Counted from the stretch's first letter, positions 9,689 to 19,546 are shown. The stretch is DNA of 64,000 bases from Singulisphaera sp. GP187 (GCA_945869475.1 CAMBOV010000013.1:3662-67661); one strand, 5' to 3'. Notes: generated by a model not told the origin, from the letters alone. Numbers and translations are program-made.

Positions 9689-11575
9689 ATGCGATGGGTC
9701 TGCTGCGTTCTCTTGCTGCTCGTGACTGGCGTGGCGATTCTGACAAGTGAAGAATCTCGTTCGCGCGCGGCCATCACCCTCTCGAGCGCCGATGTTTTCA
9801 CGATGGATCCGCAGCGGATGAGCTACATGCAAGATCTACGAGTCGCGCGCGCACTCTTCGAGGGACTCTGTGCACGCGACAACACGATGGGAGTTGCGAC
9901 TCCTGGAGTCGCGTTGAGCTGGGAGCTCTCAGCCGACGGAAAAACGTGGACCTTTCATCTGCGCCCAGATGCACGGTGGACCAACGGCGACCGAGTCACC
10001 AGCGGCGACTTTCGCTCTGCGTGGCGACGACTGCTTCTGCCCGACACTGCGGCGGACTACACCGAGCTGCTCTTTTCGATTCGTGGCGCGCGCGAGTTCT
10101 TCGCATGGCGGTCGCAGGCGCTCGCTGCATATGTCGCGGGTGCCGTGCATGATGACGCCGCTGCGCAGGCGCTGTGGGCGAAGACTCTCGAGAAGTTCGA
10201 CGAGCTCGTTGCCATTCGTGCGCCCGATGACCAGACGCTCATCGTCGAGCTCGACAATCCTCTTCCATATTGGCTTGATCTCTGCGCTTTTCCGACGCTT
10301 GCGCCGATTCATGAGCGGTCGCTCGCGAAGTGGACGCGATTGAACCCCACGACGGGAATGGTGCAGAGCGATGCTGGATGGACCAAGCCCGGGGTGCTCG
10401 TCACGAACGGTCCGATGAAACTCGTTGAGTGGCGATACAAGCGCGGGATGCGACTCGAACCAAACGAACTTTATGTTGGTGCGAACGCGCCACTCGCTTC
10501 GAGCGTCGAAGTCGTGCCGATCGAAGATGCAAACACCGCGGTGTTGGCGTACGAGTCAGGAAGCATTGACTGGATCAGCGATCTCACTGCTGAGTATCGC
10601 GCTGATCTCGCCGAAGCGTCGCATCGGTGGCGTGCATCTCATCAGACGGAGTTTGACTTTCGAATCGCAGCTGGCGCGACCGTCGACGAAGCGCTCGCGG
10701 CGCTTCCTGCGCCGGACGCTTCGCGCGGTGAGCGGCGTGATGTGCATGTCGTGAGTGCGTTTGGAACGGACTTTTGGAGTTTCAATTGCCGTCCACTGCT
10801 TTCGAGTGGTCGGGTGAATCCCTTTGCTGATGCGCGTGTTCGTCGCGCCTTCGCGCAGGCGGTCGACAAGCGTGCGCTCACAAGTTCGGTGACGCGACTC
10901 AATGAGCCCGTCGCGACAACCCTCGTTCCTGCGGGATCGATCGCGGGCTACACGTCGCCCTCGGGACTTTCATTTGACGTCGTGCGCGCGAGAGAAGAGA
11001 TGGCATCGGCGGGATGGATCGACCGCACCGGCGATGGCATCGTCGAGAATGCAGCGGGCGAACCCTTTCCGCCCGTCGACATGCTCTACATGACGGGAAA
11101 TCCGCGCGTGAAGAACATCGCGAACGCCCTCGCGGCGATGTGGCGCGACGCGCTTGGTGTGCAGTGTGAACTGCGAGGAAAGGACGGCAAGTTCGCAAAG
11201 GAAGATCTGCGCCGAGGCAACTTCATGGTCGCGCGTGGTGGGTGGTATGGCGACTACGCCGATCCAACAACTTTTCTCGATCTCTCGCGCACTGGCAACG
11301 GCAACAACGACCGGGCGTTTTCGTCTGCACCTTTCGATGCGCTGCTCGAGAGTGCGCAGCGTGAACTCGACCCACAGAAACGTCTCGCAATCTTGTCTGA
11401 GGCTGAACGGGTGTTGGTTGAGGAGGAGATGCCAATCCTTCCTCTGTGCCAATATGTGACGCTCTATATGTACGACCCTGCCAAGGTGCGCGGAATCACC
11501 CGCCATCCGCGCCTCGATCAGCACCTCTCGCAGATTCGACGCGTGCACGATGCACCAGTGAGCGCAATGCCATGA
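9689..11575 (+). CDS. ABC transporter substrate-binding protein, family 5 (peptide/nickel, OppA/DppA-like)
   Basis: 628 aa with an N-terminal hydrophobic signal or anchor. 'TMDPQ...ARALFEGL' and 'GGWYGDYADPTTFLDL' are typical of SBP_bac_5. Confidence 0.85.
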   Translation: MRWVCCVLLLLVTGVAILTSEESRSRAAITLSSADVFTMDPQRMSYMQDLRVARALFEGLCARDNTMGVATPGVALSWELSADGKTWTFHLRPDARWTNGDRVTSGDFRSAWRRLLLPDTAADYTELLFSIRGAREFFAWRSQALAAYVAGAVHDDAAAQALWAKTLEKFDELVAIRAPDDQTLIVELDNPLPYWLDLCAFPTLAPIHERSLAKWTRLNPTTGMVQSDAGWTKPGVLVTNGPMKLVEWRYKRGMRLEPNELYVGANAPLASSVEVVPIEDANTAVLAYESGSIDWISDLTAEYRADLAEASHRWRASHQTEFDFRIAAGATVDEALAALPAPDASRGERRDVHVVSAFGTDFWSFNCRPLLSSGRVNPFADARVRRAFAQAVDKRALTSSVTRLNEPVATTLVPAGSIAGYTSPSGLSFDVVRAREEMASAGWIDRTGDGIVENAAGEPFPPVDMLYMTGNPRVKNIANALAAMWRDALGVQCELRGKDGKFAKEDLRRGNFMVARGGWYGDYADPTTFLDLSRTGNGNNDRAFSSAPFDALLESAQRELDPQKRLAILSEAERVLVEEEMPILPLCQYVTLYMYDPAKVRGITRHPRLDQHLSQIRRVHDAPVSAMP

Positions 11576-12537
11576 TGCACTTGATCGTTCGCAGACTTCT
11601 TCAATTGCCCATGGTGCTGCTCTGTGTCGTGGTCGTGACGTTCACGCTTGTCTGGTTGATCCCAGGAAACCCGATGCAAAACGAGGGACGGCAGCCTCCG
11701 CCCGAAGTGGCCGAGGCGATGGACCGGCAGTATTCGCTCGACAGTCCAGTGGCATTTCTCGGCGGCTATCTCGCACATATCAGCGGCGTTGGATGGGTTC
11801 TGGGTTGGAACGAGACGCCCTTTGACTTTGGTCCCAGTATGCGCCATCCAGATTGGACCGTGAACGAAATCATCCGCGCGGGATTTCCAGTCTCGGCGAC
11901 GATTGGACTCGGCGCGATCGCCATCGCACTCGTCATCGGAACAGTCGCTGGATTGGTCGGCGGACTTCGACCAGGCTCGTGGTGGGATGGAGCGACGCAG
12001 AGCGTTGCGCTCGTTGGAATCAGCCTGCCTTCATTCGTCACGGGATCATTCTTGATCGTGCTCTTCGCGGCGAAGTTGCGCATCTTTCCAATCGGAGGAT
12101 GGGGATCGCCCTCGCAGGCGATCTTGCCGATGGTGACGCTTTCACTTCCGTTCGCTGCGTACATCGCACGACTCTTGCGATTCGGACTCATCGAACAGAT
12201 GCACACCGACCACTTGCGCACGGCTCGCGCGAAGGGACTCTCGCGCAGCCAAGCCGCGTGGCGTCACGCGCTGAAGAACGCGTTCTTGCCGGTGCTCTCG
12301 TTTCTTGGACCCGCGACGGCCGCGGCGATGACAGGATCGTTTGTTGTTGAAAAGGTCTTCGCGGTGCCGGGTCTCGGCCGGCACTTTGTCGAGGCCGTTC
12401 TCGCCAAAGACATCACTCTCGTGATGGGAGTTGTGCTGGTCTACGCGGCACTTCTTGTCGTTTTCAACCTCGTCGTTGACGTGCTCTATGTGTGGATCGA
12501 CCCGCGCATCGAACTCGCGGGTGCGCAGGCGCGCTAG
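11572..12537 (+). CDS. ABC transporter permease (OppB/DppB-like)
   Basis: 'MMHLIVRRLLQLPMVLLCVVVVTFTLVWLIPGNP' and the EAA-type loop 'ARAKGLSRSQAAWRHALKNA'. ATGATG overlaps the SBP stop codon. Confidence 0.85.
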   Translation: MMHLIVRRLLQLPMVLLCVVVVTFTLVWLIPGNPMQNEGRQPPPEVAEAMDRQYSLDSPVAFLGGYLAHISGVGWVLGWNETPFDFGPSMRHPDWTVNEIIRAGFPVSATIGLGAIAIALVIGTVAGLVGGLRPGSWWDGATQSVALVGISLPSFVTGSFLIVLFAAKLRIFPIGGWGSPSQAILPMVTLSLPFAAYIARLLRFGLIEQMHTDHLRTARAKGLSRSQAAWRHALKNAFLPVLSFLGPATAAAMTGSFVVEKVFAVPGLGRHFVEAVLAKDITLVMGVVLVYAALLVVFNLVVDVLYVWIDPRIELAGAQAR

Positions 12538-12546
12538 ACTTTCGCC

Positions 12547-13227
12547 ATGCGATCGATGGCGACAATTGCTGGGCTGTGCACGGGCTTTTCGGCGCTCGTC
12601 ATGAGTGGATGCATGGGAGCGCTCTCGACTGAGGGAACCGCGGAATTGACAATCACTCCAGAGCAGTACCGGGACGCATTCGATGCGGCCGCGCGCATTG
12701 CTCGCGAGATGGGCTACAAGGTGATCGTCATCGATCGATCGAGCGGCATCATCGCCACCGACCCGCGACACGCCGGAAGCGCGCTCGAACCGTGGCGCGT
12801 CGACAACGCATCGCCCACCGAAGTCGCTGCGAACACCGTCGCAAATCGTCGCCGACGCATCCGCTTTGAGTTCATCCCCGCATCTGCACAACTTCCGGCC
12901 GTCGATGGTCAGGGCGTGCTCCATGGCGCGGCGATTCCTGGCAGCACCGCCGCACAGGAGCGGTTCGACGTGCAAACGTGTGTCGGTCCAATTGATGTTG
13001 AAGTGTGGGTCTACATCGAGCGATCATGCGTCGAAGGGATGAAACCGTCGAGCTCTTCGGGATCGCTCGCGTCGAAATGGACGAACCCACTGAATGCCAA
13101 ACCGCTCGACGCGACAGACGATTCGATTCGCGAAAACCCGCAGTGGGTGCCAATCGGTCGTGACAGCGCGTACGAGCAGACGCTGACGAACAAACTTGCG
13201 GCGGCTGTTGGTAGTCCGATAAGTTAG
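12547..13227 (+). CDS. lipoprotein, function unknown
   Basis: Lipobox 'LVMSGC' after an N-terminal hydrophobic stretch. 226 aa. Confidence 0.55.
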   Translation: MRSMATIAGLCTGFSALVMSGCMGALSTEGTAELTITPEQYRDAFDAAARIAREMGYKVIVIDRSSGIIATDPRHAGSALEPWRVDNASPTEVAANTVANRRRRIRFEFIPASAQLPAVDGQGVLHGAAIPGSTAAQERFDVQTCVGPIDVEVWVYIERSCVEGMKPSSSSGSLASKWTNPLNAKPLDATDDSIRENPQWVPIGRDSAYEQTLTNKLAAAVGSPIS

Positions 13228-13281
13228 CGCACCGCTTCTTTTTCTGTTTTTTTGACTTTTCTATCGTTGACGGCACCTTGA

Positions 13282-15228
13282 ATGGAGATGAGTAGAACTA
13301 TGAAGAATCGCCACGGAATCTCTATCGCCCTGCTCGCAGGCGCTGGGCTCGCTGGAGTCGGATTCATTGTCGGATCGGTGGCGGGAATTCCGGGCACGGG
13401 CGATCAGGTGCAGGTACCAACGACCGCGACCGACTTCTTCTTGCCGGGCACACAACCAAACACGGACAGTCTCTCATTCGAGCCGATCCAAGCTTCAAAT
13501 AATTGCTCCTATTGTCACGGCGAGTACAACGCGACCGTCGCGCCGTTTGACACGTGGGTCGTGAGCATGATGGGGCAGTCATCGCGCGATCCAGTCTGGC
13601 ACGCCGCGCTCGCGATCGCGAATCAAGATGTCAACCTGTCGGGCAGCCTGTGCATTCGATGCCACGCTCCAGGTGCATGGCTCGCGGGCCACGGCGATGC
13701 GGCTGACCTCTCGCAGTTTACTTCGGATGATTTCGATGGAGTCACCTGCCACTTCTGCCACCGCGCTGTGAATCCGGTTGCTGGCTCACTGAGCGCAGTT
13801 GGCTATCCAACGAATGATGATCTCACGCCTGATCCTGAAATTCTTGCACCACTGACCGCAGCAGGAATCTTGCCAAGCCCAACACTTGGGAGCGCGAGTT
13901 ATGTGGTTGATCCAAAGGATGTGCGACGAGGTCCATTCGACGATGTGGGGATAAATTTTCACGGGGGAATTCCACTGATCTACTCGCCCTACCACTCGGA
14001 GGGGTCGATGTGTGGAACGTGCCACGACGTCAATAATCCTGCGTACAGCCGGCTTCCAAGCGGCGAGCTCGTGCTGAATACTCTCGGAGCGGCCCATCCA
14101 ACGATGCAGGCTGGCGACATGTTTGGCGAGCAGCGCACCTATTCCGAGTGGCTGCAGAGTGCCTTTCCAACGACGGGAGTCTCCTATCCCGATGGACGTT
14201 TCGGCGGCAATCATCCCACGGGTCTGATGAAGAGTTGCCAGGATTGCCACATGCCAGATCAGCAAGGTGGAGGATGCGTCTTCTACGACGGCGACCCCAA
14301 GACTGAGCGACCAAACGTTCCGCAGCATTCCTTCGCTGGTGCGAACACGTGGGTGCTGCGTGCTGTGCAGACCCAGATGGGTGTTGATGCCGAGTACTTC
14401 GGCCTCACGCAAGCGCGCGTTGACGACTCGATCGCACGCAACGTGCAGATGTTGCGCGACGCATCGGACATGGAACTGACGCAGGTTGGCTCGTCACTGC
14501 GCGTGAAGATCATCAATCAGACAGGTCATAAATTGCCAACGGGCTATGCCGAGGGTCGACGTGCATGGATCAACGTGAAGTTCTTGAATGCAGCGGGGGG
14601 AACGGTTGCTCAACGCGGTGCATACAACTACCTCACCGCAACCCTCACTGAGGGCGACACGAAGATCTACCACTCGCATCACACGATCAGCCCAGAGGTC
14701 GCTGCGGCGACACACCTTCCAGTAGGAACTCATTCTCATCTCGCGCTCTCGAACGTGATTGCCTTCGATAATCGCATCCCTCCGCGCGGATTCACCAACG
14801 GAGGGTTCGCATCGGTGCAGGCAGCGCCCGTTGGCTACTCCTACGCCGACGGTCAGTATTGGGACTTCACGAACTACGTGATTCCTTCTGGCTCGGCGAG
14901 GGCTGTTGTCACGTTTTACTACCAGACGTCGACTCGGCAGTACATGGAGTTCTTGCGAGACACCGCACTCGATGGCACCGGCCTCACCGCCTACAACTTG
15001 TGGGTCACGCACGGGCGAAGCGCGCCGGTCGATATGGATTCAATGACGATTCAGCTCACGCCGGTGGCTCCAGGTGACATCAACGGCGACGGTGCTGTCA
15101 ACGGGGCAGATCTCGCGTTGATGCTCGGCAATTGGGGTGGAACCGGTCAAGGCGACCTGAATGGCGACGCTGTCATCAACGGCACCGACCTCGGGATGTT
15201 GCTCGCAAATTGGGGCGCGGGACTCTAA
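13282..15228 (+). CDS. secreted pentahaem c-type cytochrome with C-terminal dockerin-type repeat pair
   Basis: Five CXXCH motifs: CSYCH, CIRCH, CHFCH, CGTCH, CQDCH. N-terminal signal or anchor. The C-terminus 'GDINGDGAVNGADLALMLGNWG...GDLNGDAVINGTDLGMLLANWG' is a duplicated dockerin-like Ca-binding motif. An alternative start is at 13300. Confidence 0.8.
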   Translation: MEMSRTMKNRHGISIALLAGAGLAGVGFIVGSVAGIPGTGDQVQVPTTATDFFLPGTQPNTDSLSFEPIQASNNCSYCHGEYNATVAPFDTWVVSMMGQSSRDPVWHAALAIANQDVNLSGSLCIRCHAPGAWLAGHGDAADLSQFTSDDFDGVTCHFCHRAVNPVAGSLSAVGYPTNDDLTPDPEILAPLTAAGILPSPTLGSASYVVDPKDVRRGPFDDVGINFHGGIPLIYSPYHSEGSMCGTCHDVNNPAYSRLPSGELVLNTLGAAHPTMQAGDMFGEQRTYSEWLQSAFPTTGVSYPDGRFGGNHPTGLMKSCQDCHMPDQQGGGCVFYDGDPKTERPNVPQHSFAGANTWVLRAVQTQMGVDAEYFGLTQARVDDSIARNVQMLRDASDMELTQVGSSLRVKIINQTGHKLPTGYAEGRRAWINVKFLNAAGGTVAQRGAYNYLTATLTEGDTKIYHSHHTISPEVAAATHLPVGTHSHLALSNVIAFDNRIPPRGFTNGGFASVQAAPVGYSYADGQYWDFTNYVIPSGSARAVVTFYYQTSTRQYMEFLRDTALDGTGLTAYNLWVTHGRSAPVDMDSMTIQLTPVAPGDINGDGAVNGADLALMLGNWGGTGQGDLNGDAVINGTDLGMLLANWGAGL

Positions 15229-15237
15229 ACACCACCC

Positions 15238-15274
15238 GCGAAGCTACACCCCACCTGCGAAGCTACACCCCACC
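15238..15274. repeat. 18-bp perfect direct duplication (GCGAAGCTACACCCCACC, 1-nt spacer) spanning the ppa stop codon
   Basis: Copy 1 is at 15238-15255 and copy 2 at 15257-15274. Copy 2 contains the last four sense codons and the TAG of ppa. Confidence 0.95.
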
Positions 15275-15898
15275 AAGCGGCTTGGGTGCTGGATCGGGAT
15301 AGACCGCGATGTAATCAGCCATCGCCGCTTCGACGACTTTCGCAGCGCGCGTGTATCCGTAGACATCGCGAATTGAAATTGTGCTTGGCTCGCCAATGCG
15401 CTGCTTGTACGTCGAGAAGTAATGCTGCAATCGTTCGATGACGAGCGGTGGAAGGTCTGAAAGTTCGCGGGCGCCATCCCAGACAGGGTCTCCCACGAGC
15501 ACTGCAATGATCTTGTCATCAGCCTCGCCATCATCGAGCATCTGAAGTCCACCGACAACACGCACATCGAGCACAAGATCACTCTTGTTGATCGGTCGCT
15601 CAGAGAGCACGCAGATATCAAGAGGATCGCCGTCCGCCTTCTTCGCGTGAGCACTCAGCGCAGCGACGCGATCGGCGCAGAGTGTGCGCGGCACGAATCC
15701 ATAGAGCATCGGAGGAGTTGCGCTTGTTCGCTGAGGCCGATCGACTTTCAGATATCCCGACTCTTTGTCGACCTCGTACTTCACGAGATCGAATGGAGTG
15801 ATCTCGATGAACGCCTGCACAAGGCGCGGCGGATCATCGCCACAGCGCAGGCCATGCCAGGGATGGGGTCGATTGATGTGGTAGCGAATGGGATCCAT
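15263..15898 (-). CDS. ppa: inorganic pyrophosphatase (family I)
   Basis: 'FIEITPFDLVKYEVDKESGYLKVDR' and 'DGDPLDICVL' are classic PPase motifs. Confidence 0.9.
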   Translation of the reverse strand: MDPIRYHINRPHPWHGLRCGDDPPRLVQAFIEITPFDLVKYEVDKESGYLKVDRPQRTSATPPMLYGFVPRTLCADRVAALSAHAKKADGDPLDICVLSERPINKSDLVLDVRVVGGLQMLDDGEADDKIIAVLVGDPVWDGARELSDLPPLVIERLQHYFSTYKQRIGEPSTISIRDVYGYTRAAKVVEAAMADYIAVYPDPAPKPLGGV

Positions 15899-15919
15899 GA
15901 GTGAAGAGTAACGAGCGAT

Positions 15920-18900
15920 TCAACCGACTTTTTTCGGCAGCCGCTGCATGAGGTTCTCAACAGCCGCGCGCAACTGTTGATCGCTGTCGGCCGCTTCATC
16001 TTGCGGAGTCTGCGGCACGATGATGTCAGGCTGTGCGCCGTTGAGTTCCATGTCGGTGCCGTTGAGCAGATACCAGCCGCGCGTCGGCATGCGAACAGAA
16101 GTTCCATCGAGAAGCATCGCGCCGCCAGTCGAAATCACGCCGCCATAGGTTGGATAGCCCACAAGTGTGCCGCGATGCAGCGTCTTGAATGCGTGCGCCA
16201 CGATCTCAGCATTCGAGAAACTCTTCTCGTTACAGAGCATGTTGATCGGTCCGGTGAATCGCTGAATGAAGAGCCGATCTTGTGGATAGCCGTCGGTATG
16301 CGATGGGTCGCTGCCGCGTGGAACGGTGTACGCATGAATCGGAGAGCAGATCGAAGCGAGCAACCGGTCGGCGGTCCATCCCCCACCGTTGTTGCGCACG
16401 TCGATGAGCAATCCATCTTTGCCCTCGCAGGCGGCGTAGAGATCTCGCTCGAACTCATCGAGCGAAGGTTGCGCCATCCCAGCAATGTGGATGTACCCGA
16501 GTCGCCCACCCGACAACTCGCTCACCCGTGCGGCGTTGTTGTTCTGTGTCGCTTGGTAGGCGAGCCCGCCGATTGCGCCATCCGTGACTGGAATGATCGT
16601 CACGTCGAAGGTGACCTCGCGACCATCGTCGAGTGTGCGATCGATCGTGAGCACAACTTCTTTGCCGATGGTGCCAGCCATGCGCGATGAAAGCGTGTCG
16701 CCAGGAACGATCGGCAAGAAATCGACCGCAGTGATGATGTCGCGCAGAAGAAGCGGAGTCGGAAGGGTCGCTGCAGGACTTTCAGGAATGATGCGATCGA
16801 TGAGCAGTCCCTTGTCGCATGATGTGACCGCGACGCCGATGCGCCCTTGCGGCAAAACCGTGCGACCGCCGACCGATGGAGTGCGAATTCCCAGATGGCT
16901 CGCGTTGAGCTCTCCAAGAAACCGATTGGCAACGTGATCGAACTCACTTGGAGTTCGCGCGTGCGTCGCGAGCTGCGCGTATCGAGCGGTGACGGCATCC
17001 CAGTCAAGGTTCTTCATCGTCGGGTGATAGAAGTTTTCTCCCATCAATCGCGCAGCTTCGGCGAACTTCTGCGACGAAAGCGCAGCGCGGTCGACCACAA
17101 TGGATGAATCGACGTCGATCGATGTGCCTGCGTTGGAACTCTCGCTCGTCGAGGACGATGACGAGGCTGAAGCGCTCGATGCGCCGCCGCCACCACTGCC
17201 GCCGCCACCAGAGGTCGAGAGCAACTGGCCCTTGCCGCTCGAGACGACGATGAGCTTGTCGCCGGTGAGCGAGATTCCCTGCACGTTCACTCGACTGCCG
17301 ATGCGACGCTGGCCAGTGCCATCCCAACCGATCGAATAGAGACCTCCTTCGAGGCCATCTCCACCGGTGAAAAACATGCGATCGCCTGCTGGAGCGAACT
17401 CGAGACTTCCCTCGTTTCCAGGCAGCGAGCTCACGCGGCGCACGCGGCGATAGGCATCATCGAGCGAAAGCGCGGTGGGCGTCGATGGCTTGTCAGTTTT
17501 CTCGGCGTTGTCGGCCTTGTCTGTTTTCTCTGCGGAGTCATCCTTTGCGGTGACATCGTCTGACTCTTCTTTTTTCTTGGGAGTTTCGCCACCAAGTGGT
17601 TTACGTTTCTTGACCGCGTCGCCGGCATCCTTGAAGTATTTTTCGAGTTCGAATTTCGGCAGCGCCTCGAGCGACTTGTCGAGGAAGACCATCCAGACAT
17701 CTTCTTCTTCATTGGTGCGCTCAGAAATGAAACTCAGAATGCGACCGTCAGCTGACCAACGCGGAGAGTGATCATTGTCTGGATGGCGCGTGACGTTGAT
17801 TGCAGGAGCGTCACCGACTGCTGGCACGATGAAGATGTCGGTGTTGAAGTCGCGGTCAGTGCTCGTGAAAGCGAGCCACACGCTGTCGGGGCTCCAACGA
17901 AATTCGATGTCGGGATCCCACCCGGTGTTCACGAGTCGAGCGACGTTTGTCGTGAGATCGAGCAGCATGATGTCGCCGCGACCTCGACGAAACGCGAGAA
18001 ACTTTCCATCAGGGGATGGACGCGCCGATCGATCGTTGGATGCTTCGGCGAGAATCGGTTTGACGTCGAAGCGCACAGCTTGCGACCAGCGCTCACTCTT
18101 GGGCTTCTCTTTTTCAGCGGGTTTCTTCGCCGTCTTGGATGGCGCTGGGGTTGCGGTCGGCGCAGGAGCGACAGCGGGCGCTGGAATTGCAGGCGCGGCG
18201 GCGACTACTGGCGCTGGTTCGGTAGCCGGCGCGGGCTCGACGATGGGTTCGATGGCCGCGGGCGCGGGCTCGACAACTGGCTCGACGGCGGGCGCGACCA
18301 CCGCAGGCTCAACAACAACTTCAACTGGCTTCCTTTCGAGCACGTTCTTCGTCGCGGCGACATCCTCGCGAGTTGTCGCGACTGTCGCAGCCATGATCGA
18401 CTCGCCTCCGCCACTGTCGCTGGTGAAGTAAAGCGTCTGTCCATCGGGGCTCCACGAAATCTCATACTCGCGCGCGATCGCATTGGTCACTCGACGCGCC
18501 GAGAACTTGCCTTCGACGGGCTTGATCCACACATCGCCGAATGCCACGACTGCAGCACTCTTGCCATCGGGATTGAGCGCAACCTCACTCACCGCACCAG
18601 CGAGTGACTTGGTCTCTTCATTGTCGAAGGTGTCATCGGCTGCGTTGAGCACAAGCGCAACGGGAAGCGCGCCGGGCTTGTTGAGATCGAGGCGATAGAG
18701 CGTGTTCCACACTGTGAAAAACGCGCGGCTTCCATCGCGACTCACGGTGAGATCCTTCACGTCTTGTCCTTCAAACGCAGTCAATCTGCGCGCGGACGCC
18801 CCTGCTTTCGCATCCTGGACGAAGACGTTGACGGTATTGAGATCTTGATCGCTGAGAAAGAGAAAACTCGAATCGCCGCGCCACTGCGCCCATCCATCGT

Positions 18901-19546
18901 TGCCTTGAAAGTTTGTCAATTGGGTGAACGCACTCGCGGCGAGTGCCTTCGCGTCGAACATCCACACATCGCAGTTGTCACTGCCGCGATATCCGCGACG
19001 CGACCAATCACTGCCGCCCCGCTCAAAGAGATAGCGCGTGCCATCCGGTGAGAGCACCGCGGCGCGACCGAACGCTCCATGTCGACGAATCGGCTCGCCA
19101 CCCGTCAGCGAAACGTAGTAAGGGCGCGGCGCGCGAAAGAGGTCGTAGTCGATCGATGCTGAGAAATCGAGCGCGGGCTCGCCTGTGGGAGTGCGACCAA
19201 ATCCAGAGAGGCTCAACACCTCGTCTGAATTCGTGACTCGGCGAAGCGATCCACCCATTGGATCGACCAGATACAGATTGCGACCGCCATCGCGCGTGCT
19301 CTCGAAAGCGATCGTCGATCCATCATCACTCCATGCACTTCGCGATTCATCGGCTGGATGAATGGTGAGTCGTGTTGCTGTGCCGCCCTCGGCCGAAGCC
19401 TTCCAGAGATCGCCGCGCCAGGTGAAAGTGACGAATGCACCATCTGGACTTGCCGCAGGGAGGCGCGGAAGATCGACGTCAGCGCCAACAGCGATTCGAG
19501 TGGTGGCTGCAAGAACACAGAGTGCGAGGGTGCATTTCATCGCCAC
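15920..19546 (-). CDS. tricorn-like protease (TolB-type beta-propellers + PDZ + S41 peptidase), secreted
   Basis: Signal peptide. Repeated 'SPDG' propeller blades. C-terminal 'GYIHIAGM...DVRNNGGG...SFSNAE' S41 core. Three low-complexity inserts. 1208 aa. Confidence 0.85.
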   Translation of the reverse strand: MAMKCTLALCVLAATTRIAVGADVDLPRLPAASPDGAFVTFTWRGDLWKASAEGGTATRLTIHPADESRSAWSDDGSTIAFESTRDGGRNLYLVDPMGGSLRRVTNSDEVLSLSGFGRTPTGEPALDFSASIDYDLFRAPRPYYVSLTGGEPIRRHGAFGRAAVLSPDGTRYLFERGGSDWSRRGYRGSDNCDVWMFDAKALAASAFTQLTNFQGNDGWAQWRGDSSFLFLSDQDLNTVNVFVQDAKAGASARRLTAFEGQDVKDLTVSRDGSRAFFTVWNTLYRLDLNKPGALPVALVLNAADDTFDNEETKSLAGAVSEVALNPDGKSAAVVAFGDVWIKPVEGKFSARRVTNAIAREYEISWSPDGQTLYFTSDSGGGESIMAATVATTREDVAATKNVLERKPVEVVVEPAVVAPAVEPVVEPAPAAIEPIVEPAPATEPAPVVAAAPAIPAPAVAPAPTATPAPSKTAKKPAEKEKPKSERWSQAVRFDVKPILAEASNDRSARPSPDGKFLAFRRGRGDIMLLDLTTNVARLVNTGWDPDIEFRWSPDSVWLAFTSTDRDFNTDIFIVPAVGDAPAINVTRHPDNDHSPRWSADGRILSFISERTNEEEDVWMVFLDKSLEALPKFELEKYFKDAGDAVKKRKPLGGETPKKKEESDDVTAKDDSAEKTDKADNAEKTDKPSTPTALSLDDAYRRVRRVSSLPGNEGSLEFAPAGDRMFFTGGDGLEGGLYSIGWDGTGQRRIGSRVNVQGISLTGDKLIVVSSGKGQLLSTSGGGGSGGGGASSASASSSSSTSESSNAGTSIDVDSSIVVDRAALSSQKFAEAARLMGENFYHPTMKNLDWDAVTARYAQLATHARTPSEFDHVANRFLGELNASHLGIRTPSVGGRTVLPQGRIGVAVTSCDKGLLIDRIIPESPAATLPTPLLLRDIITAVDFLPIVPGDTLSSRMAGTIGKEVVLTIDRTLDDGREVTFDVTIIPVTDGAIGGLAYQATQNNNAARVSELSGGRLGYIHIAGMAQPSLDEFERDLYAACEGKDGLLIDVRNNGGGWTADRLLASICSPIHAYTVPRGSDPSHTDGYPQDRLFIQRFTGPINMLCNEKSFSNAEIVAHAFKTLHRGTLVGYPTYGGVISTGGAMLLDGTSVRMPTRGWYLLNGTDMELNGAQPDIIVPQTPQDEAADSDQQLRAAVENLMQRLPKKVG

